A stretch of 62,575 bases of DNA, counting the filler, from Sluysia triapertura (lineage: Eukaryota): the NCBI GenBank assembly GCA_046118255.1. It is 5 parts of 5 records of this genome, joined end to end, with 100 filler letters (N's around TTAATTAATTAA, not from the genome) between each part and the next. Parts side by side here need not be neighbours in the genome. Positions count along the whole stretch, not along the records: positions 51,423 to 62,575 come from JBJNIA010188189.1; 4 more parts are not named here. One strand, given 5' to 3'. Below, in pieces: positions 52,801 through 62,575 of the stretch. The position numbers and the translations under genes are program-made. Each line of letters starts with the position of its first letter. The stretch's first letter is position 1. A model generated the notes under the pieces. The model had not been told where the DNA came from. It saw only the letters and a program-made list of their open reading frames with translations, and did no database searches.

Positions 52801-52975
52801 ATAGATTTTGAAGTATGTTGTAATAATTTTGAAAATGAATATATAAACAAAAATAATTAAAGTAATAATAATTATAAAAGTAATAAAAATAATAAAAATT
52901 ATAAAAATAGTAAAAATAATAAAAATTATAATAATACTAAAAATTGAAAAAATAATAAAATAAAAAAATATGATA

Positions 52976-52976
<1 letters not shown>

Positions 52977-53008
<32 letters not shown>
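52977..53008. repeat. (GAT)n microsatellite
   Basis: Perfect trinucleotide run. Confidence 0.9.
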
Positions 53009-53722
53009 TAGATGGTAATCAGAGGGGAAGGAACTGTGATATTGATAAAAGTGATTTTAGTGAGAGATTTGGAGTTCGGAGAGCATGATTTACAGTTTAA
53101 GTTAATGTGAGAAATTAACAGTTAAATACGGAATTTTATAAATTTTGAGGGTAACGAAATTATAAAGATATGAGTGGCACCACAGTCTTTAAAAACGTAA
53201 GAATTTGCAGATTATACCCTGATTTTGATTTATACTCTAAGCAGTATAATTCTTTAGGATAAGATGTTAAATAATTATTCTTGCTGACTGATTCAATAGT
53301 AAACGAACTTTCACACTTTTTTCTGTGGAACTGAATACGATATAACACTACTGAAATCTGTACTATTAGTTATCAATAGTAATAAATTTTTTAATATTGA
53401 TATTTTCTTTAATTAGTATCTACATTTTTTATCAATACAATTAATGCTTTGTGCCTTGTTCATTTTTGAATCCACGTGGCACCCCATACTTCGTAATTTT
53501 GTGTTTAGCATCTTATTTATTTTAGCATTCTAGTTCGATCTATTATTGTTTATTATGTATTCTAATTTTTCTTTATAGAATATTACACATTCCTTCTCTA
53601 CATTCTACGTTGCTGTAAATTATACCACGTTAAGTATCTATTTCATAACGTTTTGCAAATTTATTTAAAGTTTTAGTTTTAAATTTTTTTTCATTTTCTA
53701 CAATTATAATATGAATAATTAA

Positions 53723-54090
53723 TCCTTTCATGACACGATGCTTTTCCGACAGTTTTTTAAAGATGATTCGTCAAATGCTACCTTTATATCAAAAAGATCT
53801 TTCATTTGGTACCAAAACATGAAAGTATTCCCTAGAAGGATAAACATTTTGCGCAATATAGATAAAAAATAGATAAAAAATTTATATTCACTTATGTACT
53901 TCAAGAAATAACTAATGACAAAAGGGTTCGAAAGGTATGACAGCCAAAGAGAAATACTGAGAAGAAAACCACCATTCGGACCAAGAAATCTTCAAAAAAT
54001 CTGTGTTGTAAAAAGGAAAAAGGAAGACTAGATATGACTGTAATGTTGAATTATGTTAACAGAGTGCTTCACTAATTATCATACGAGAAA
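53723..54090 (+). mobile_element. Deleted piggyBac element: left end and C-terminal Cys-rich domain
   Basis: Left end TTAA-TCCTTTCATGAC; frameshifted KICVV..RKTRYDCNVELC..ECFTNYHT (53995-54085) matches the piggyBac CRD. Right end not located. Confidence 0.65.
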
Positions 54091-55206
54091 AGAAACTTTT
54101 AGATGAATTAAAATAGCATTTCTTCTGAAACTATATGATATCTTGCAAAATATTGATTATTAGATAAAGCCAGTTCCGATATGGTTAAGGAAAATAAGTT
54201 AATTTTAAACAGCTCTCGCTACCAGGTAAATGAGTTTAAACAAGATTTTAGAAATAGAAATAAGTTTCCTCAAAAGCCAATATTTTTTTGGACCGACAAT
54301 TTTGAAATTTTGGCAAACGAGATAAAGAAAATAGAAAACCATAAGCAGAAAAGTCATTCGCTTTATGTGGATATAATAAAGACTAATTTAAAGTATTTGT
54401 AATTTTGCAAAAGATTGAGAAAAAAATAAATGATAAAAGATAAATTATTTATAATTGTTAAAGCCATTGATAAAAATGATGACAGGAATTCAACGATTTA
54501 AGTTACTTTATTCGACAAGCAAGATCGGCTTATCGAATTTATTATTTTCAGGCTATATTTTCCAGCCAATCTACATGGTTCAATTGTTACTTCTTCTGTT
54601 CTTGTAACAGAATTTTTTTATTATTTACACAATTCCTCATTTGACTTGATTCATGATTCAGTTGATTTCATATTACAAATATTATTTGTGACATAATGTG
54701 AATATAATATTTTTTATTGTAAATATTATCTGTTATTAAGTTATTAAAAATTTTAATTACATTAGAAAAATTAATTAATTTATGAAAGTACATTTTTTGA
54801 AAAATAAGATTTAAATCATGTTTATTAATTCAATGTTTATATTTTTTGAAAATTAATAATAAATAAAATTTAAATGTTTATTGCTAATTACAAAACTTAA
54901 TGCAAATATTTATAAATCACTAATTCAATGTAAATGTGATTGACAAATAAAGCGAAAAGTGCACAATTAAAATCGGCATATAAATAACGTCTCTATGTTT
55001 ATGTGACCACCAGTGTTAAGAGAAAGAAAAAATTAATTGGAAGAGAAAACATTGTTAATTGAATATTTATTCTTTGGAAACATTATTTGTGGAATCTTTC
55101 GTAACAGTCGTCATTATAAATTCGATCAAAGTGGTGTGTACCGAAACAGTATTTTCGAAGTGGAATTGATTGGAAATCCTGTTGTGGAATTTGTGCACTT
55201 ATTACA

Positions 55207-55792
55207 TAAGTAAGCTAGTTTTTTATAATGAGCATTGATAAGCTTTGCGTTAAAATCACGACTTAAAATCTGTTTTATTTAAAACCCAAGAATTAATCCT
55301 GGGTCAAACTCAGTACTAAAATTTTAAATTGAATATTTATTTATTATTTGATATTTCGATTTTCTTTGTATTAAATACTTTTATACGTAATAGAACTTTG
55401 TTCAACAATATTATTTGATATTTTCGATTTTATACATTTATACGTAATAAAATTTTGTTCAACAAAGTATTTTGTTTTCTAGGAAGGGATAAAGTATTAT
55501 ATTAGCAAGCGGACTAAAATTAGTTAATAGAATCGAGTTAAAGAATTTTCGTAAATCGAGTCAATAAGTTAAGAAATCCGAAGTAAAGTATTAAAGTATT
55601 CTTGAATAATATAAGCAGCGGAAAAGTTAGATTACATCATTAAGAATTAGAGAAAAGACCAATTATTGACCTTTATATTCATTAAGCTTTACTAAAACCT
55701 GTGAACACATCCGTATACGATAAATCGTGTTAAACAGGCGGACCCATTTTAAATTTCCTTTTATAATTGTTCAAAGCTAAGGAAAGCGAACA
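55207..55792 (+). repeat. Family C second copy
   Basis: Colinear with 25913-26536; ends GAAAGCGAACA. Confidence 0.7.
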
Positions 55793-57399
55793 ATATTACT
55801 ATGTGCGTTGAAAATAGTTGTTTCGTAATTTTTTTAATATTTCACTTTATTTAGTGTTTTTCAATATTATTTATTATATGGCCAATAATGTTTTGAATTG
55901 CATCTATAATAACTGTGCTATAATTAATTTAAGTTATATGGCGAATTTCTTTCTCTAGTTGAAGTAATATAAAAGATTTTAAAAATTTTTATTTATTCCG
56001 TAAATACAGTCGTGGTTTCATCACATAATTTATTTTTGTTTTCTTAATTTTGTGACACTTTTTGAGTTATTTCATTTTTACTTTTATCTGCAACTACTGA
56101 GCCTTGAAATTGTTTCGTTTAGTTTAATGAGTTGCAAAAATTTTATTGAATTACATTAATTTTCTTAAATACTTAAAATTTATTTTTATTATTAAAAATT
56201 TTCTTTCACAAAAGAAAATGTAAGATTAATATAGACAAAGTAATATTAAATGATTATATTCTTTTTTCCCATATAATAATAATTGATTATTATTTATTGT
56301 TTTTTTGAGTCAGACTTTTAGTGTTTTACATTGATAATGCATTCTTTTGAATTATGTTTTATAAAATTGAACTGAAGTTCTTCATTTGCTTCTGTAGATA
56401 AATAAATATTTTAAAATAATTTCCATTAAAGTATATTATTCCTGCAAAATGTACAGATTAAATTTCAAAAAATAGAGATAACTACAGTTTAAAATTTATT
56501 AGAATAGTTAACACATTATATTTTAATAATCAGTGTTATTATTATCATCATCATTATTATAATTATAATTATATTTATTATTATTTGGACATATTTATTA
56601 TGCAAGCTAAGTATTTTTCATTTTAAAATTGTAAATAATAATTATTATTATTTTCACCACATTTTAGAACAAAAGTGATGTCATTTTTTGATATGTATTA
56701 ACTAAATAATAATTTTCATAAAAACTGGCATAACCTTTTTAAATTAAACTATTTTGATAAGTCTAATGGGTTTCAATCTTCTTTTGATGTAACTGATATA
56801 ATCTTTATTAAATAATGGTTTAAATTTAACCTCATTTGTAATTTTTAAATTTGATTGGTCATGAAGATCGTTAATTTTTGCTGGTTATAATATCAAAAAG
56901 CGGAAACTGAAATGAACATATTTATGACATAACAATTTCCAAAGGATACATAATGATATAAGAAAAGTAATTGGTTATACATTGTTAATTTTTCAAATTT
57001 CTCAACTGGCTACCACAGAATGTTAATTTACTTGAGTACCAAAAATGCATAACAAAAACGTATTACTAAAATGACAAATTCTAAGCGCTTTTAAGTACTT
57101 ATTTCATGTTAAATATAAGAAAGAAGTGTACATAAAAATTATTAATTAATAAATTAAAATAAAGGCTATAGAATTATTAAAACGGATAAATTCTAAGAAA
57201 ATGAAACATTTATTTTTATAAAATCAATAAATAATGCAATAAAAATTTTATTGCTTTAAATATTAAAATTATTCAGAATATATTTTACATTTTTCTTTCT
57301 CTTGACTCATTTTAAGTCGTTATAATTCTGAATTATGATATTTAATGTTTATTTTGTATAAATTCGGTAAATCAAATTGGTTTATAATTAGTATTTATA

Positions 57400-58430
57400 T
57401 CATGGGAAACGCTTCGTTCAGTGACTCTGTCGGTCAATTATTGTTAGTGTGTATGGACTGACGATATTCATGTGAATAGTTTCGAATAAAGCAATTCCAG
57501 TTTTACGTGTTTGTGAATTTTCACAGCTTGTCAGTATTTGCGCCAATGTTTGATGTCTGCGTACTGGAGGCCAAAAGACTTTAGAGCACTAAACATTGGT
57601 GTGTCTTTAGTTCCGGAATAAGTCGCATTGTGAACAAATTAGAATGTTTATGTATGAAATTTTTAGCATAAGACTGGACGTGAGATGTCTTACATTTTTG
57701 GTCGAAGTAGATTCCATCGCGAAGTGATGGTGTTATAATGAACTTCTAAATCTCTTAACCAGTTTGTAGGTTTTGGTACATGTCTTCAGCAGTAAGCATT
57801 GTCTGAAAATCGATACTGTTGATTCCTACATACGATAAAGTATCCGGAATGTATTAAATATTGAAAGTAAATGTGACAGAAAAGTGATGTGTCGTTCTCT
57901 TGATATTAGATTCTTCATTTTAAAAATGTACAATAATGGTTTATGATCTGTTCTTAATGTGAACTGTGCTGCGATCAGTAAATATTCGAGATAAATATAG
58001 TTGAATATTGCGTTTGTTTTGCAGATAGTTTATATGAATAGATTTCGACTGGTCTTCAGGTGTCTTCTTGTATCCATACGTACTGGGCCTATTGCTTCGT
58101 TTGAAGCGTCAGTGGTTAGTATGAACAGTGATTATGACAGAAGAATGCCAAACTTTCCATCTGCAATACTGCTTCTTTTGTTTCATGAAATAGGCCAAAG
58201 ACGCTAGCTGTGCTTTTATTTAAGAAGCGTTGACAGATACGGCAACTTCAGTGTCAACTAGGAAATCCAATGTGTTATATTGGAAATTTAGAAATATAAT
58301 CGGCACAATGAAAATGCTGTTAGTCGCCAGATGTTATTTTTTGAAGTTGTGCTGAAGGTTTTAAAATGAGTGTAGCCACCCAGTATTCTTTTGCTAATGT
58401 TTGAAAGTGTATATGATGCATGTGTAATAA
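57400..58430 (-). mobile_element. Ty3/Gypsy remnant (gag end, protease, RNase H, integrase; RT absent)
   Basis: FLVDTEVAVSV (~58232-58265), FILTTDASNEAIG (~58086-58124), FTLRTDHKPL (~57935-57964), VHNATYSGTKDT (~57601-57636) and IHMNIVSP (~57454-57477). Confidence 0.85.
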
Positions 58431-59659
58431 TGTTTTTGTGTCAAAAATGTATAATTTTCTTTGCTTCTTCTAAGTCTTTAAAAATTTATGTGTTATCTCT
58501 TTATTTTTATTTTATTAAAACTTTATCAAATTTAAATATGTCTGAATACTGTTTTATACTTTAAAAACTCTTGTTATTTATTATAAATTCAAATCTCTTT
58601 ATAGAATTTGTAATTATTTTGAACTTTTCAATTAATGTTATCACTTTATATTATGCTTAACTGGAGGTATGGATCGTTATACTCGTCCTCGTTGTTCAGG
58701 ATAGAAGTGCTTACATCTTTTTAACTCTTTAAGTATTAATAGATTCTAAAATTATTAAATCCTTCTGTGATTGATTATGTAATTATATGGGCTCTACTAT
58801 CAAACCCTTTCGTTAACTAAATATTAAAAATATATAACAATTATTAAATTCGAATAGAGCTTTAAAAGTATATAATTGAATTAAATCGACTAAATTTGTT
58901 AATTTCTTTAATTATCAATATAAACTTTGTTAATACTTAATTTCAATTTATTACTTTAATTTTTAGAATTTTAAAGAAATTTTACTCAAACTGATTTTTT
59001 TAAAATTAAGTCAAATATAATTACAGTTACTTTATCAATCAATCAATCGATTCAGTTTGTTGGAATTACTGTAATAATAGGATTTCCCAATATTTTGCAA
59101 TCTTCCGATAAATGCGATTCTCCGATAATTTTCAACCTTTGAAATTTTAATTGTGTGTTGTGGTTGTAATTTCGGGTCTTTTTATAGTCGCAATTTCAAT
59201 ACAATTCAATTAATCCAATTTAAATATATAATTAAAAACCACAATAATTCTAATAATAATAATACCACGAATAATTAATTCAATAGTAATTCAATTTAAT
59301 ATTAATACAACAAATAATAAATTGAATAGTAGTTCAATACCACAAATAATAAATTATGAATATAATTAACCACATATATACACATACGCATTCTTTATCT
59401 GTATTTTTATTATTTTTATTATTACTATGATTATTATTATTATTATAAATTTTTACATTTTTTCTTTTAATTATTATTTTTATTAACTTTAAAAATGAGT
59501 ATTATCTTTAGTAATTTTATTAACTTTTAAAAATGAATATCTAATAAAAAACTACTGAAAAGTTGTAATTTAAATCAACATATTTATAAGTCAAACTTTA
59601 TTAAATGAAATTTTCAATACACATGACTATAACTTAATATTTTACACTATTATTATTAG

Positions 59660-59729
59660 TATTATTACTATTACTATTATTACTATTACTATTATTACTA
59701 TTACTATTATTACTATTACTATTATTATT
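59660..59729. repeat. (ATTACT)n hexanucleotide repeat
   Basis: Tandem TATTAC units grading into ATT. Confidence 0.9.
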
Positions 59730-62575
59730 GCTTCAATTAAAATACATTAATATTAAAAGTAGTTTTAATTTTTAGGTACACGCCAAGGACAAAATTAATA
59801 TTTATAATACATAAGCAAAATATGTAAATTTATCAAGCTTTTAAATGAATGCTATGTCTGTTTTATATTACTAAAAATTATATTGTTTATTCTAATGTAT
59901 GAAAATTAAAATTATTCACAAAAAACAATGATATGAGAGTTATAAGCAATCATTAATTCAAGCTTCTTGTAGCCAGGCTGAGATAAAAGAATTTGTATTA
60001 AAGTAAGTTTGTTATCTGAAGATTCTTAAACGTTTCAATTAAATAATCAAATTTTTCTCAAAAATCATGTCTATCTATAATAGATTTTACTATCACTTTT
60101 GTATTTTTGAGTAATATTTTTATGATTTCTTTGGTAATTTCTTTAATGAAAAAATTGTAGTTTTCTTACTTCATAACCTACAACAAAATAAATTTCAGAA
60201 GGGTCCGGTTACAGTAAACGACTTACAACATAAAATGGGACTTACATTCTCTTTAAAAATGGAAAATGTAACTGAAATGAAAAGTGAAACTTAACCTTCA
60301 ATTTTTTTAGTCATATCTTTATATCTTAACTTATGTAAATTACTTTATTCTTGCATTATTAAGGCAATCTCTCGATTTAGTTACTTGTAATTTACATATT
60401 AGCAGAGAGTCTTAAACTCCCTATTCAATAAATCACAAAAACATTTTACCAATTATCATTTTTATTAACAAAATCAAATAAAAGAGTTTTAGACAACAAA
60501 AATTGGTTAAAAGTATTATTTCATAATTAAAACCTCAAAGGTATTTAATTTAAAATCTAAAAAACTTTAGTTGTAAATTTTTGCCATCATTAAATCGGGA
60601 TTTAGAAATGTACTGAAATAAGATTTTGGGTCGATTGTAAAGTTTCGACTCCAATAGACAAGACTAATTACCATTTATCAGTCAATATGAATGAATGGAA
60701 TTTCTAAAGTTTTCTAGAAAATTCTTTTTGTCTTTTTAGAAAATAATAATTATTTTTTCTAAACTTAACTCAGCTTTTGCATTTTTAAAGATTTTTAAAG
60801 GTTCTGATGAAAACCTAACACAAAAATTACACCAATATAGTTTAAGTTTTCATTTAAGCGAAAACTTAAATGAATATAAAATTTTTTGCATAGCTGTTTT
60901 ATGTTATTTTTTCAATGGTGAAATAGATCATTGTACAAAGTAAATTAAAATCATTTATTCTCTAAATACACAAATTATAATGTTCATAAAATTGTAATAT
61001 TTTAATATCAAATTTGAACAACTGTATTATAATCAATTTAGTTTTAAGTTTCATAGCCTAAAAGTAAATTCGTTATCACTGATTCTAAATGCTTCAGTTT
61101 AATAGAAAAGAATAAAAAGATAATTAGATTGAAGTAAATTATTTAATTATGCAATATCTTTTTAAAAATGAACTTTTATTTATTCATTTTAATTACTGAC
61201 ACTAAAAATCTGAATTGCCCATATTATTATTATACATCTTTAAAAAATAATATTATATTTGTTCTGTTTTTTCTTTATCAGCAACAATTATGTTATGCAA
61301 AATGGGTTCGCCTGTGATTTACGATTTGTATCTCAAGGAAGACGTAATCACATGATGAAAATGAGAAAATACTGCGTAAAATAACCCCAATAATTATATC
61401 GCTTTATTTTACTTACTCTAAATCAATAAACAAAATAGGCACTAAGACTTATTATAAAATCTAGTGTAATTTAATTTATAACGATAATACGACAGAATGC
61501 GTAAAGTGTCCTTACTTATTATAATATCTGAGGTCTTTTACTTTTACTTAATCAACAAATGAATAAAATAAATAAATACTAAGTTTTATTACATAATGGT
61601 AAAATTTTGTACAACAGAATTTTATATATGAGACAATATTAAATCCAGGATTGCTCCTGATTAAACTCTTTCAAATGATTCTAATCCAGGAGAATGCTTG
61701 AATGTAATTAGAGTGATTTTTCGTGTATTTTAATGCTAACAAATTAAAGCATAAAATCATATTAAAAATCAACTTAAGGATTCATGGACCTTGTTTATAG
61801 ACAAAAATAAGCAAAATCCGGAATACTAATTGTCAAAGAAAACTGTAGCTGGATTTCCAATAATTAATATTGAATTACAATAAATTGGTACCGCCTTTAA
61901 AAATAATTGAAAGTTGTTTTAATCTGTAATGATTCCACAAAAATTTTCTCAATTTGTCGTTAACGTTGTTGTGAATTTTAAATGTTGACCTCTATATTCC
62001 ATTAGATAAAAATATTAATTCCAGTTAACTAATTAAAAATTCATTTTTATTTTTATTTTATCCATTTTTATGAGAAAGATAAATAAATTTTATGATTATA
62101 ATATCTGAGTCCGTAAATTAATGACTTTGTTATTGAAATGTAAATGTGAATTTTATATTTTATTGTGAGAAAAAATAAAGATAAAATATTAATTTGTTTT
62201 TTATGATACAATAAACTATTTGAAATTGCTAAAATTTCGATTTGAATTTTATATAATTTTTAATAAAATGTACCAGATAAAATTATTAATTTTATGTAGT
62301 TTTTTAATAAAATAATATTTGTATGCATTATTATTTCTACAATCACATTTATATACATTATTAATTTCTACATATTTTGTAATATTATAGTAATAAAAAA
62401 TAAAAATATAACACACAAAAACAAATTATATGTTATATAATTATGGTTAAAGTGTGGAGGGCATCATTATCATTTTTATTCTATGTATTAGTTTGATCTT
62501 TTTTATTTTATAATTTTCTAACTTTAAGAAAACGAGTTTAATTAAACCAAAACAGTTAACTAATTTCCATTTAAA

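Noticed and set aside
1-62575. CRISPR arrays, rRNA genes, prokaryotic operons
   Set aside because: No regularly spaced repeat-spacer array or rRNA motif seen; the content is eukaryotic transposon-rich DNA.

Overview
Very AT-rich (roughly 25% GC by eye), repeat-dense eukaryotic scaffold with five assembly gaps. Its content suggests an invertebrate, possibly a free-living flatworm (inference only). Only one intact, convincing gene is visible: an intronless secreted protein at 12102-12872 (-). The rest is mostly decayed mobile DNA: Gypsy pol remnants, solo-LTR-like repeats, pogo/Tigger, mariner, Tc1, hAT and piggyBac elements, an ankyrin-like pseudogene, and a ~5.2 kb NeSL-type non-LTR retrotransposon (Ulp1 protease, zinc fingers, RT, CCHC, restriction-like endonuclease). 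The most interesting signal is a ~155 bp repeat family with about 7 copies or fragments here. It carries a tRNA-like Pol III unit but is not built like a SINE: it has TGTT...AACA termini, 4-bp target-site duplications, a conserved leader upstream of the tRNA, an internal T-run terminator and no A-tail. It looks like an integrase-mobilised mini-LTR/TRIM or Ginger-type element carrying a tRNA. One copy is split by a 6.8 kb nested insertion (acidic ORF, LTR-like piece and the NeSL element) yet keeps its GAAG duplication. All calls come from reading motifs by eye; no database searches were run.
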